From Candidatus Nomurabacteria bacterium UBA5155 (lineage in GTDB: Bacteria; Patescibacteriota; Minisyncoccia; Phycocordibacterales; UBA9973), in the NCBI GenBank assembly GCA_002413705.1, contig DHXN01000011.1:162-64161 (forward strand): 64,000 nt of DNA, in the 5' to 3' direction. Within the stretch, counting starts at the first letter, position 1, and each line of letters opens with the position of its first letter. Positions 9,479-19,538 of this stretch are shown piece by piece. The notes beneath the pieces were generated by a model. That model did no database searches. It worked only from the letters and a program-made list of their open reading frames with translations, and was not told the origin of the DNA. The position numbers and the translations under genes are program-made.

Positions 9479-10195
9479 ATGGAAAATATGGGATTAAACA
9501 ATGGATTTGAAAAACTAAAAGATGATGCAAAGAAGGTTGTTGCTGGGGCAGCGGTATTGGTGTCCATGGGAAGTCCTGCATTTGCTCAAAATACTACTGT
9601 TGAGAATGGGGAACATGCTAATACGATTGAAACAAAAGCATATGCCCAAGAGTCTGATAGTATTCTCTTAAAACAAATAACTAATATTGAAAAGCATTGG
9701 GAAGGACTATCAGATGGAAGGCGAGGAATTGATAATCCAAAAAGCTTCACTATCATTTCTCGATCTGAAATTGAAAAAACAATAAGTCCTTTTTCCTCTC
9801 CTTTAAATGATCGGTATGTGGCTCAGGATGTAATAACTGACTTAAGCGAGCATTATCAAATAACAAGCAGACAGGCAGCAGTTCAGCATGCATTTGATTC
9901 GGAACATTTGCTTGCTACCGAAGGATTCTCAAAAGATTCTCATTTTGAATATACCAAACCGGCATATTATTTTGTTATTGAAGAACAGGCCAATACCGAT
10001 GGGGGTGTAGAATTTGTCGCAAAAATGATTTCATTGGATAATAAAACCGCTGAAACCATTGGATCGGTAAAGACTGATAGTACTATCGACACCGTTGAAA
10101 AGGAAAATTTTTTTGATGACACAATTATTCCTACACTACGAGCAAGCATAGAAGAGAAAATAAAAGAATTAGGACTTGCAAGTCAAAAGCACTAA
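9479..10195 (+). CDS. Hypothetical exported protein
   Basis: Signal-like VVAGAAVLVSMGSPAFA; TGTTATAAT-N7-ATG. Confidence 0.65.
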   Translation: MENMGLNNGFEKLKDDAKKVVAGAAVLVSMGSPAFAQNTTVENGEHANTIETKAYAQESDSILLKQITNIEKHWEGLSDGRRGIDNPKSFTIISRSEIEKTISPFSSPLNDRYVAQDVITDLSEHYQITSRQAAVQHAFDSEHLLATEGFSKDSHFEYTKPAYYFVIEEQANTDGGVEFVAKMISLDNKTAETIGSVKTDSTIDTVEKENFFDDTIIPTLRASIEEKIKELGLASQKH

Positions 10196-10315
10196 TAAAC
10201 ACCTTAAGCGTAACCGGTAGTTATTCACTTTCCAGTTTTGCTATATAAGGCCGTACTTGGTAAAATGGGCGGGTAAGCCAAATGGCATTTTAATACTAAA
10301 ATAATCAATAAATAT

Positions 10316-10504
10316 ATGGAAAATCAAGAAGGACACTTTGAATTGAGCGAAAAACAGCAATTGCGGGAGAAATATGATTCATTGCAGATGAAGTATCTTG
10401 CGGCACTTGAAGTAGGTAATGACGCTGAGGTGTTGGAAATTAAAAGCGAAATGGATGAAGTTGCTAAGGAACTTGGAATAGACGAAGCGAAGCTTGCCGC
10501 GTAG
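10316..10504 (+). CDS. Small acidic helical hypothetical protein
   Basis: 62-aa ORF abutting rpiB; upstream TGGTAAAAT. Confidence 0.55.
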   Translation: MENQEGHFELSEKQQLREKYDSLQMKYLAALEVGNDAEVLEIKSEMDEVAKELGIDEAKLAA

Positions 10505-10506
10505 GT

Positions 10507-10959
10507 ATGATAATACATCTTGCCAGTGATCATGCCGGCTTTGAACATAAGGAAGCTGTGAAAGAATATCTTATCGCCCAAGGGCTTGAGGTTATTGATC
10601 ATGGGGCGGTGATGTTTGATGGCAGGGATGACTATCCGGATTTTATTGCGCCCGCTGCACAGGCAGTTGGTTTAAGTGGAGGACCGGAGATGAATACTGA
10701 TGTTGGTATTATTTTCGGCGCATCAGGACAAGGTGAAGCCATGGTGGCCAATCGCGTGCCGGGTGTGCGCGCTGCCGTGTACTATGGCGGACCAACCGAG
10801 ATCCTGACATTGTCACGAGCGCATAACAATGCTAACTTGCTATCGATCGGCGCGATGTTTGTCACTGTTGAAGAAGCGATCGCCGCTATCAGCATTTGGT
10901 CAGAAATTCCATTCTCAAATGACGAGCGCGACATTCGCCGCCTCTCAAAATTTAACTAA
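10507..10959 (+). CDS. rpiB: Ribose-5-phosphate isomerase B
   Basis: ASDHAGF, DDYPDF, GASGQGEAMVANRVPGVRAA, RAHNNAN. Confidence 0.92.
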   Translation: MIIHLASDHAGFEHKEAVKEYLIAQGLEVIDHGAVMFDGRDDYPDFIAPAAQAVGLSGGPEMNTDVGIIFGASGQGEAMVANRVPGVRAAVYYGGPTEILTLSRAHNNANLLSIGAMFVTVEEAIAAISIWSEIPFSNDERDIRRLSKFN

Positions 10960-11684
10960 TGAACGATATCAAAATCACACCCGCAATATTGCCGCACTCA
11001 TACAAAGGAATTGAAATCCCCGTTGAACGAGTACTTGGTGCGGTCACTAATATTCAGATCGATATTGTCGATGGACATTTTTCGCCAAACCGAACCTGGC
11101 TTTTTAATAATAAAGATGAGGACACGCTTGAAGCTATTTATGAACAAGAAAAAGGCATGCCGTATTGGGAAGAATTGAATTATGAATTCGACTTGATGGT
11201 CAAAGACCCAGTCAAGGAAATGGAAATGTTTATTGCTCTGGGGCCGGCCAAAATGATTTTGCATGTAGAAGGACTTGAACAAGAAAAAACAGTTGCCTTT
11301 TTTGAGGGACTACCGGAAATTATTCGCAGTGCTATTGCCTTTGGTATTGCTATCAATATTGATACTGACCCGGTGGACATCGCGCCATATCTTCCCTATA
11401 TCGAAAGCATTCAATGCATGGGTATCAAGAATGTCGGCTATCAAGGACAAGTATTTGATGAAAGAGTGTTTGATCAAATTGAAAAAGTTCGTAGCATGTA
11501 TCCTGACAAATTTATCACCGTTGATGGAGGAGTATCTCTTGATAATGCCGCACAACTTGTCGAAGCTGGCGCAAGAGAACTTGTTATCGGTTCTGCACTC
11601 TTTCTCAATACTGATTCACGCGGTACAATAGATGCATTCAGACAGCTATGCAACAACGTGGTGATTTCACAATCAGGGAACTAG
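10959..11684 (+). CDS. rpe: Ribulose-phosphate 3-epimerase
   Basis: QIDIVDGHF, GYQGQVF, VDGGVS, VIGSALF; operon context. Confidence 0.88.
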   Translation: MNDIKITPAILPHSYKGIEIPVERVLGAVTNIQIDIVDGHFSPNRTWLFNNKDEDTLEAIYEQEKGMPYWEELNYEFDLMVKDPVKEMEMFIALGPAKMILHVEGLEQEKTVAFFEGLPEIIRSAIAFGIAINIDTDPVDIAPYLPYIESIQCMGIKNVGYQGQVFDERVFDQIEKVRSMYPDKFITVDGGVSLDNAAQLVEAGARELVIGSALFLNTDSRGTIDAFRQLCNNVVISQSGN

Positions 11685-12517
11685 AACTAAAAGCCAACGA
11701 TATCCGTCAGTCGATTATTTCAATGCTGCTCGAAGCGGGAAGTGGGCACACTGCCGGACCGCTTGGCATGTCCGACGTCTTCACTGCATTGTATTTTGAA
11801 TTACTTCGTCATGATCCTCAAAATCCCACATGGCCAGAACGCGATCGTCTTGTGCTTTCAAATGGACATATCTGTCCTGTCTTGTACGCCACCATGGCGC
11901 ACTCAGGATATTTCCCGGTAGAGGAATTACTCACGCTTCGCAAATTTGGGTCACGATTGCAAGGCCATCCGCATCGAGATTTCCTGCCATACTTGGAAAA
12001 CTCTTCCGGACCGCTTGGCTCCGGCCTTTCGCAGGCAGTCGGCATGGCGATTGCTGATCGCATGGACAATGGCGCAGCAACACCTCGGACAATATATTGT
12101 CTGCTTGGTGACGGCGAGCTCGATGAAGGTAATAACTGGGAAGCTATCATGCTGGGAGGAAAAGAAAAACTGCACAACTTGCTCGCAATCGTTGATCGCA
12201 ATAACATTCAGATCGACGGCTACACAGAAGATATCATGCCGCTTGATTCATTGAATGAAAAATGGGCAAGCTTCAATTGGCATGTCCAAGAAATTGATGG
12301 CAATAACATCCAGGCAGTGATAGATGCCGTGAACAAGGCAAAAGCTGTTTTTGAAAAACCCTCAGTCATCATCGCGCGTACCATTCCTGGCAAGGGCGTG
12401 AAGGAATTCGAACGAAAATTTGAATGGCACGGCAAGACACCCAACAAAGATGAAGCAAAGATGGCACTCGATGAACTTCGCACATTAGGAGGAAAAATTA
12501 AGAGTGAGCACCAATAG
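11648..12517 (+). CDS. Transketolase N-terminal (TPP-binding) subunit
   Basis: GSGH, RDRLVLSNGH, LQGHP, GDGELDEG..WEA. Confidence 0.93.
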   Translation: MQQRGDFTIRELELKANDIRQSIISMLLEAGSGHTAGPLGMSDVFTALYFELLRHDPQNPTWPERDRLVLSNGHICPVLYATMAHSGYFPVEELLTLRKFGSRLQGHPHRDFLPYLENSSGPLGSGLSQAVGMAIADRMDNGAATPRTIYCLLGDGELDEGNNWEAIMLGGKEKLHNLLAIVDRNNIQIDGYTEDIMPLDSLNEKWASFNWHVQEIDGNNIQAVIDAVNKAKAVFEKPSVIIARTIPGKGVKEFERKFEWHGKTPNKDEAKMALDELRTLGGKIKSEHQ

Positions 12518-13511
12518 TATGTTAAATGCTGAATTAAAACTGAATGTAAAGATTTTCTCTGACGATGTCGAGCAGATGCCGATTCGCAAGGGATTTGGTG
12601 AAGGTTTGGCACAAGCCGGGGAGAGTAATAAAAATATCGTGGCATTGTGCGCAGACCTGACCGAATCGACGCAAATACATATCTTCAAAGGAAAGTTTCC
12701 TGAGCGCTTCGTGGAAATTGGTGTGGCGGAACAAAATTTGGCAGCAGTGGCTTCTGGCATGGCTGCCATGGGCAAGTATCCATTCTTCTCTTCGTATGCC
12801 ATGTTCAACCCAGGCAGAAATTGGGAACAGATTCGTACCACTATTTGTTATAATGATCGCCCTGCTGTCATTGTGGGTAGTCATGCTGGCGTCTCAGTCG
12901 GACCTGATGGCGGCACGCATCAAGCTATCGAAGATATTGCCATCACTCGCGTGCTGCCAAACATGACAGTGATTTCTCCTTGTGATGCAATCCAGGCAAA
13001 AAAGGCAACACTTGCACTATCTGCAGCTCCTCGCATTGCATACCTTCGTCTTGCTCGTGAGAAAACGCCGATCATCACTACTGAAGAAACATCATTTGAA
13101 ATTGGCAAAGGACAAATTTTATACAGACCCGATGGGATTGCTCAGGTAGCGATTATTGCGACGGGCGCGCTTGTTGCCAATGCACTTCGCGCTGCAAAAG
13201 ATTTAGATAAGAAAGGCGTAAGAGTGATCGTGGCAAATATTCATACCATCAAACCTATTGATACTGAATTACTCGTGCAGTTGGCAAAAGAAACTAAAGC
13301 CATTGTGTCAGTGGAAGAACATCAGGTTGCAGGTGGACTCGGCAGTGTCATTGCAGAAACGCTTGCGAAAATATATCCCGTGGCAATGGAATTCATCGGT
13401 GTCCAAGATCGTTTTGGTCAGTCAGGCACGCCACAAGAACTTATTGAAAAATACGGCATGGGTCAGGATGCCATCACTGCAGCAGTCGTAAAAATTATTG
13501 ATCGCAAATAA
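12504..13511 (+). CDS. Transketolase C-terminal subunit
   Basis: EIGVAEQN, GPDGGTHQAIED, VEEHQVAGGLGS. Confidence 0.93.
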   Translation: MSTNSMLNAELKLNVKIFSDDVEQMPIRKGFGEGLAQAGESNKNIVALCADLTESTQIHIFKGKFPERFVEIGVAEQNLAAVASGMAAMGKYPFFSSYAMFNPGRNWEQIRTTICYNDRPAVIVGSHAGVSVGPDGGTHQAIEDIAITRVLPNMTVISPCDAIQAKKATLALSAAPRIAYLRLAREKTPIITTEETSFEIGKGQILYRPDGIAQVAIIATGALVANALRAAKDLDKKGVRVIVANIHTIKPIDTELLVQLAKETKAIVSVEEHQVAGGLGSVIAETLAKIYPVAMEFIGVQDRFGQSGTPQELIEKYGMGQDAITAAVVKIIDRK

Positions 13512-13513
13512 AT

Positions 13514-14551
13514 TTATATTTGTTTTGGCTGATAGTCTGCCGGAGCATTCATTAGATATTGATTGAGAGCTTCAGTGGTTAGCAAGCCTTTTTGCGCGCC
13601 GACATACTGCACGACCGACATAGAATTGATTGGTCCCCAACGCAATGCTTCAGAAAGTGATTTGCCCATCAAGAGTGCGGCGGAGACTGTCGATGCAAAA
13701 GCATCACCTGCACCGGTACGTTCGTAGGGGTCATGAGGATAGATTTCCATAAACCACAACTCAGTACCGTCAGATGCATACGCACCTTTGATACTGTCAG
13801 TGATAAAGACGAGTTTTGGTCCAAGCGCATGTAAGGCTTTTGCCAAATCCTTCACTTTCTCAGCAGCAGGCTTTTCCATATTTGCAGCAGGATATGCCGT
13901 GATTAGCTCTGCTTCTTCTAAATTACAGAAAAATGCATATGTGTTGGCATAAATATCTTTTAATACCTCTATACCAAGCTTTATTTGAAATGTGCCTGGT
14001 TGAAAGACCACTTTCATTTCAGGATGTTCTTTTATAAATGTAGCAATTTCGTGATGATAGGCTTCGGTATGGTCACCCAGTGAAGACAAATAGAGCATTT
14101 TTGGCGCCGTAGGAATGAGCGGCATAGAAACAGGAAACGCCGCGTGCTTTACGAGGATCGTGCGTTCAACACCATACCAAAGTACATAATGATAGTTTGT
14201 TGAAAAACCTTCATTGGTAAATATATATTGTGTCTGTACATTATTTTTTTTCAGTTCTTCCACACATGCTGCACCTTGTAAATCTTTTCCAATGTGCGCG
14301 AGCAGCGCACTTTTCAAACCAAATCGCGCAGCTGCCACGGCGGCATTGGCACTATTTCCCACAGCTTTTATTTCTTCCATTGATTCATAAGGAACCTTGT
14401 CACCATATTTGAAACAGAGCATCTGATTTGATCCGTCTGCATCCGCCGTTACTTTTGCATCGTTTACTCTGATAAAAGCATCGGTCACGATATCGCCGAT
14501 AGCGAGGAAATCCAGCTGCAAATTTGTTTCGGGGTTTGTTTGATTGTCCAT
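13514..14551 (-). CDS. PfkB family carbohydrate kinase
   Basis: GNSANAAVAAARFG, ERTGAGDAF. Confidence 0.9.
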   Translation of the reverse strand: MDNQTNPETNLQLDFLAIGDIVTDAFIRVNDAKVTADADGSNQMLCFKYGDKVPYESMEEIKAVGNSANAAVAAARFGLKSALLAHIGKDLQGAACVEELKKNNVQTQYIFTNEGFSTNYHYVLWYGVERTILVKHAAFPVSMPLIPTAPKMLYLSSLGDHTEAYHHEIATFIKEHPEMKVVFQPGTFQIKLGIEVLKDIYANTYAFFCNLEEAELITAYPAANMEKPAAEKVKDLAKALHALGPKLVFITDSIKGAYASDGTELWFMEIYPHDPYERTGAGDAFASTVSAALLMGKSLSEALRWGPINSMSVVQYVGAQKGLLTTEALNQYLMNAPADYQPKQI

Positions 14552-14569
14552 ATGTTACAATTGTAACAT
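14552..14569. promoter_or_regulatory. Palindromic bidirectional extended -10 promoter
   Basis: Perfect 18-bp palindrome ATGTTACAATTGTAACAT gives TGTTACAAT on both strands, 6 and 8 nt before the fba and pfkB ATGs. Confidence 0.65.
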
Positions 14570-15434
14570 GAATACTTTAAAGGAATATCTGGCACAAGTG
14601 CGCAATGAGAAGAAGGCTATTGGTCATTTTAATTTTTCGAATATTGAAGGTTTGTATGCCATTGCCCGAGCGGCAAAAGCTCTCGGTGTTCCGGTCATCG
14701 TAGGTACGGCTGAAGGTGAAGAAGAAGCGGTAGGCACAAAAGAAGCAGTTGCATTGGTGAAAATCATTCGCGAGGATTGGCAAATTCCAATATTCTTGAA
14801 TGCTGACCATCATTACAGTTTTGCCGCAGTGAAAGCGTGCATTGATGCTGGCTATGACAGTGTGATTTATGATGGCGCGAAACTGACATTTGAAGAAAAT
14901 GTTGCTATCTCAAAACAGTGCGTGGAGTATGCTCGACAAGTTAGTGCTGCAACGGGTCGAGAAATTCTGGTAGAAGTAGAAATTGGCTACATTGGCGAAG
15001 GCTCAAAATTGCGTGATGTTGCCCCAGAGGGACTGAGTGCCGTGACGAGTCCTGAAGAAGCCAAACTATTTTTGGAGCAAACTGGCGCTGACATGCTCGC
15101 TCCTGCGGTCGGCAACTTCCACGGCATGTTGAAGACCGCTGAAAAACCACGACTTCATATTGATACTATCCAAGGCATTGCAGCAATTACCGACAAGCCT
15201 CTCGTATTGCATGGTGGCAGTGGGGAAGAAGCGGACTTTGCTGCCGCTATTGATGCTGGCATCAACATCATCCATGTGAACACCGAACTTCGCCGTGCCT
15301 TCACCGGTGCCATCCGCGATTTCCTTGCCAAAAACCCCGACGAAATCGCACCCTACAAATACACTGCGCCCGCATCACTCGCTATGGAAGCTGTCGTGAC
15401 AGAAAAATTAAAAATTTTCAGTCGAATGCAGTAA
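14568..15434 (+). CDS. fba: Class II fructose-bisphosphate aldolase
   Basis: FLNADH, GYDSVIYDG, EVEIGYIG, AVGNFHG, LVLHGGSG, VNTELR. Confidence 0.93.
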   Translation: MNTLKEYLAQVRNEKKAIGHFNFSNIEGLYAIARAAKALGVPVIVGTAEGEEEAVGTKEAVALVKIIREDWQIPIFLNADHHYSFAAVKACIDAGYDSVIYDGAKLTFEENVAISKQCVEYARQVSAATGREILVEVEIGYIGEGSKLRDVAPEGLSAVTSPEEAKLFLEQTGADMLAPAVGNFHGMLKTAEKPRLHIDTIQGIAAITDKPLVLHGGSGEEADFAAAIDAGINIIHVNTELRRAFTGAIRDFLAKNPDEIAPYKYTAPASLAMEAVVTEKLKIFSRMQ

Positions 15435-15436
15435 TT

Positions 15437-17101
15437 ATGGTAAACGTTTCAGACCTACAAAAAAATGTGAATGGGGAAGTGATGGCTGATGATGCGACAT
15501 TGGTGAAGTATTCGAGAGATGCGAGTTTGTTTGAGGTGCGACCGGAAGCGGTGGTATTTCCGAAAGATGCTAGTGATGTGGAAGCAGTGGTGAAATACGT
15601 GGCAGAACACAAAGCAAATGATCCAACTATTTCTGTGACGGCCAGATCTGCAGGTACTGACATGTCAGGCGGGCCATTGAACGAAAGTATCATCATGGAC
15701 TTCACGAAGTACATGGGTGCGCTTATTTCTATCGATGACAACAAAGGCATTGCCCAGCCAGGCTTGTATTATCGTGATTTTGAAAAGGAAACATTGAAGC
15801 GTCAGCGTATTTTGCCGTCATATACCGCATCAAAGGATTTGAATACTGTCGGTGGTATGAATGCCAACAATTCCGGTGGGGAAAAGTCCATCAAATATGG
15901 CAAAACTGAACGCTATGTCTTGCGACAAAAAGTGGTGCTTTCAGACGGAAAGGAATACAACATTTTCCCTTTGAACAAAGAACAGCTTGATGCAAAAATG
16001 GCGCAAGGTGATTTCGAAGGAAATGTATATAAGCAGATTTATGATCTGATCGACATGCACTATGACGAGATCGAAGCAGCTAAGCCGCATGTTTCAAAAA
16101 ATTCTGCCGGATATTATTTGTGGAATGTTTGGGACAAGGAAAAAGGTATGTTTGATTTGAATAAATTGATTTGTGGATCGCAAGGGACATTGGCTATGAC
16201 AACGGAAGTAGAACTCGGTCTCGTGCCAGTGCCAAAGTTCTCAAAAATGGTTGTCATGTATCTTCCCACTATCGATCGTCTTGGCGAAGTGGTGGATGTG
16301 GTCATGAAATACAATCCCGAAAGTTTTGAATCATACGATGACTACAGCATGAAGCTGGCGATTAAGTTTTCTTTTGATTTCTTTTCACAACTAGGATTTT
16401 GGGGTGCGATCAAACTCGGTATTCAATTTATTCCCGACATCTGGAAGATTATCACTGGTGGCATACCAAAACTAATTCTGATGATAGAGGTCACTGGAGA
16501 TGATGAGAAAAAAGTTTTGGCGCAAGCTGACGAGATTAAACAGGCAGTGAAGCTGTTTAAATACAATACTCACGTGGCACGCAGTGCAGCCGAAGTTGAA
16601 AAATACTGGAAGATTCGTCGCGAGAGTTTCAATCTGCTTCGCAAACATGTGAAGGGAAAGCAAACAGCGCCGTTCATCGATGACATTATTGTTGATCCTC
16701 ATCAAATGCCAAAATTTCTCCCTGAGCTTGAGGCTATACTTTCGCAATATAAACTTATCTACACCATTGCTGGACATGCCGGAAATGGCAACTTTCACAT
16801 CATTCCTTTGATGGATCTGAACAATCCTATTTCGAGCGATATCATCTTGGAGCTTTCTAAAAAAGTGTACACACTGGTGACTGACTTTGGTGGTTCCATC
16901 ACCGCAGAACATAATGATGGCATTATTCGCACACCATTTCTCTCATATATGTATAAGCCGGACATTATCCAGTATTTCCAAAAAGTGAAAGATATCTTTG
17001 ACCCTCACAATATCTTCAACCCTGGCAAAAAAGTCGGCGGTTCGTTTGATTACATCAAGTCGCACCTTGTTCAATCTCACAACGTAGAACACGGCTCATA
17101 A
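15437..17101 (+). CDS. FAD-linked oxidoreductase (GlcD/D-lactate dehydrogenase-like)
   Basis: YSRDAS, RSAGTDMSGG, GSQGTL, GHAGNGNFH, AEHNDGIIR, DPHNIFNPGK. Confidence 0.88.
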   Translation: MVNVSDLQKNVNGEVMADDATLVKYSRDASLFEVRPEAVVFPKDASDVEAVVKYVAEHKANDPTISVTARSAGTDMSGGPLNESIIMDFTKYMGALISIDDNKGIAQPGLYYRDFEKETLKRQRILPSYTASKDLNTVGGMNANNSGGEKSIKYGKTERYVLRQKVVLSDGKEYNIFPLNKEQLDAKMAQGDFEGNVYKQIYDLIDMHYDEIEAAKPHVSKNSAGYYLWNVWDKEKGMFDLNKLICGSQGTLAMTTEVELGLVPVPKFSKMVVMYLPTIDRLGEVVDVVMKYNPESFESYDDYSMKLAIKFSFDFFSQLGFWGAIKLGIQFIPDIWKIITGGIPKLILMIEVTGDDEKKVLAQADEIKQAVKLFKYNTHVARSAAEVEKYWKIRRESFNLLRKHVKGKQTAPFIDDIIVDPHQMPKFLPELEAILSQYKLIYTIAGHAGNGNFHIIPLMDLNNPISSDIILELSKKVYTLVTDFGGSITAEHNDGIIRTPFLSYMYKPDIIQYFQKVKDIFDPHNIFNPGKKVGGSFDYIKSHLVQSHNVEHGS

Positions 17102-17149
17102 ATAAGGCAATTCTTGCGTATTTTGTGATTTTCAGTATACTAAGTGCCT

Positions 17150-17767
17150 ATGATTACCCTAGAAGCAAAGCAACGCACAGGTTCTCCAGCAGAACTTCGT
17201 GAACAAGACATGATCCCAGCTGTGTACTATGGCGCCGGAAAGGACGCTGTATCTATTTCAGTTAATGCAAAAGAGTTTACAAAAGTATTGAAAGAAGCGG
17301 GGGAAACTACTGCAGTTATTCTTACTATTGGTGGTGAAAAGATCAGTACTATCATCCATGACATGCAGCACAACCATATTACTGGTGTTGTTACTCATGT
17401 GGACTTCTTGATCATCGACATGAAGAAAGAAATCGAAGTGTCTGTACCGCTTGAATTCACCGGTCTTGCAGAGGCTGAAAAGAACGGTCTCGGCACACTG
17501 ACAAAGGCCATGCACGAAGTTCAAGTGTCTGCACTTCCTGCAAACTTGCCACACAACTTTGAAATTGATGTCACAAGCCTTGCTACACTTGAAGATCAAA
17601 TTCGTGTCAAAGACATCAAACTGCCAAAAGGCGTGACGATGATCACTGACGGCGAAGACGTTATTGCAATGATCGCTCACTTCGTTGAAGAAGTAGAAGA
17701 AGCTCCAGCACTCGACCTCTCTGCTATTGAAGTAGAAAAGAAAGGCAAGACGGAAGACGAAGAATAA
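17150..17767 (+). CDS. rplY: 50S ribosomal protein L25/Ctc
   Basis: IPAVYYG, HVDFL, long Ctc-type C-terminal domain with acidic tail. Confidence 0.92.
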   Translation: MITLEAKQRTGSPAELREQDMIPAVYYGAGKDAVSISVNAKEFTKVLKEAGETTAVILTIGGEKISTIIHDMQHNHITGVVTHVDFLIIDMKKEIEVSVPLEFTGLAEAEKNGLGTLTKAMHEVQVSALPANLPHNFEIDVTSLATLEDQIRVKDIKLPKGVTMITDGEDVIAMIAHFVEEVEEAPALDLSAIEVEKKGKTEDEE

Positions 17768-17797
17768 GATTTCTGGTATAATAGGAATCTTATTGTT

Positions 17798-19213
17798 ATG
17801 CACAAAAAGCAATCAAAAAAAACACCTAAACATATACTCGGTCTCGTTTTAATACTATTATTTAGTATTGCGCCTATTGTTGACGCGCAGACAGCCTCTG
17901 CTACACCGGCTGTATGTACCAACCCAAGCAGTGCCGATATTGCTCAAGCTTGTGCTGATTATGCCGCAGAAAACAAGGTATTAGCGCAACTTCAGACTCA
18001 ATTGACGCAACAAAAAAACAAAAGTGGTTCATTGCAAAAAAACGTTAATGCTCTAGTGTCTCAAATTACCAACACACAATCAAAAATTTCTGGTGAAATT
18101 AACACCATCAACAGTCTCAGTCTACAAATCACTCAAAAACAAAGAGCAGTGGGGGATTTGAACGCTCAACTTGATCGTGAAAACGCTTCAATGGCTCAGC
18201 TCATCACTCACACTGATGAAATTGACCAAAAGGGAGCAGTATATGTGTTATTGAGTGCCAATTCCATTTCTAATTTCTATCAAGATCTTGATGATTTCTT
18301 TTCTATTAAACAATCGCTGTATTCAACATTGAATCGTGTGAAGCAAATTAAAACCACTACTCAAGGACAAGAACAACAATTGCAAGATGCGCAATCTCAA
18401 GCACTTGATGCCAAAAATGCATTGCAACAGCAAAAGAGTCAGCTTGCGACTTCACAACAACAAGTGCGACAACTTTTAAATACCAGTAAATCACAGGAAC
18501 AAACAGTGTCGACATTGGTTAAGCAGCAACAAGCAAAAGTCGCGGCAATTCAAAGCAAACTCTTCACTTTTGCCGGGGGCGCCACAAGCTCCATTCCATT
18601 TAGTCAGGCATATGCGTACGCTACCGCTGCTCAAAATTCTACAGGGGTCAGTGCCGCCTTTGTGCTTGCTATTCTTACACAAGAATCAAATCTTGGTAAA
18701 AATGTGGGAACATGTAACCGTCCTACTGATCCTCCTTCAAAAAGCTATACCAATATTATGCCGGGACCAACACAGAAGACATCAGGTGCATCTTCTCGCG
18801 ATGATCAGACAGCATTTTTAAAAATTACCAGCGCATTGGGTCTCAATCCAAACACCACACCATTGTCATGTCCGAGCGGCGGTGGTTGGGGCGGCGCTAT
18901 GGGTCCTGCGCAGTTTATCCCAACGACGTGGTTGTTGATTGCTCCACGAGTAGCATCTGCGTTAGGAGAATCTGCTGCCAATCCTTGGAATGCTCGCGAT
19001 GCGATTATGGCATCTGCCATTTATCTTGGAGATCGAGGAGCAAGCAGTGACCCGACAGCAGAGCGAAATGCGGCTTGTAAATATTACTCAGGACGCGCTT
19101 GCGACGGCAGGGCTCCGGCAAACAGTTTCTATGGTAACAGTGTGATGGCACTGACTCGCAGTATCCAAGCTGATATTGACTATTTGGTACAATATGGTGT
19201 TTCTAGACGTTAA
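17798..19213 (+). CDS. Secreted coiled-coil protein with C-terminal lytic transglycosylase domain
   Basis: Signal peptide, Q-rich coiled coil, AILTQESNLG, GGAMGPAQFIPTTW, ANPWNARDAI. Confidence 0.85.
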   Translation: MHKKQSKKTPKHILGLVLILLFSIAPIVDAQTASATPAVCTNPSSADIAQACADYAAENKVLAQLQTQLTQQKNKSGSLQKNVNALVSQITNTQSKISGEINTINSLSLQITQKQRAVGDLNAQLDRENASMAQLITHTDEIDQKGAVYVLLSANSISNFYQDLDDFFSIKQSLYSTLNRVKQIKTTTQGQEQQLQDAQSQALDAKNALQQQKSQLATSQQQVRQLLNTSKSQEQTVSTLVKQQQAKVAAIQSKLFTFAGGATSSIPFSQAYAYATAAQNSTGVSAAFVLAILTQESNLGKNVGTCNRPTDPPSKSYTNIMPGPTQKTSGASSRDDQTAFLKITSALGLNPNTTPLSCPSGGGWGGAMGPAQFIPTTWLLIAPRVASALGESAANPWNARDAIMASAIYLGDRGASSDPTAERNAACKYYSGRACDGRAPANSFYGNSVMALTRSIQADIDYLVQYGVSRR

Positions 19214-19259
19214 GTCGGACACTTGAAATCCTTTTAATCTATGCTACAATAGACCAACT

Positions 19260-19532
19260 ATGAAAAAAGACATTCATCCAAAGAACTTTCGCGACGTGGT
19301 ATTTCACGATAACTCATCAGATGCTGAGTTTGTTATTGCGTCAACAGTTAAAACCACAGAAACCATCACCAAAGACGGTAAGGAGTATCCTTTGTTCCGT
19401 GTAGAAATTTCAAGTGCTTCACACCCGTTTTATACCGGTACTGAAAAGGTGATTGATACTGCCGGACGTGTTGATCGCTTCAAGCGTCGCGCTGCTGCTT
19501 CTTCTGCAGCGTCTACTTCTGCAAAGAAGTAA
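19260..19532 (+). CDS. rpmE2: 50S ribosomal protein L31 type B
   Basis: [27 protein letters not shown]; no Zn-binding cysteines. Confidence 0.93.
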   Translation: MKKDIHPKNFRDVVFHDNSSDAEFVIASTVKTTETITKDGKEYPLFRVEISSASHPFYTGTEKVIDTAGRVDRFKRRAAASSAASTSAKK

Positions 19533-19538
19533 CTCGTT

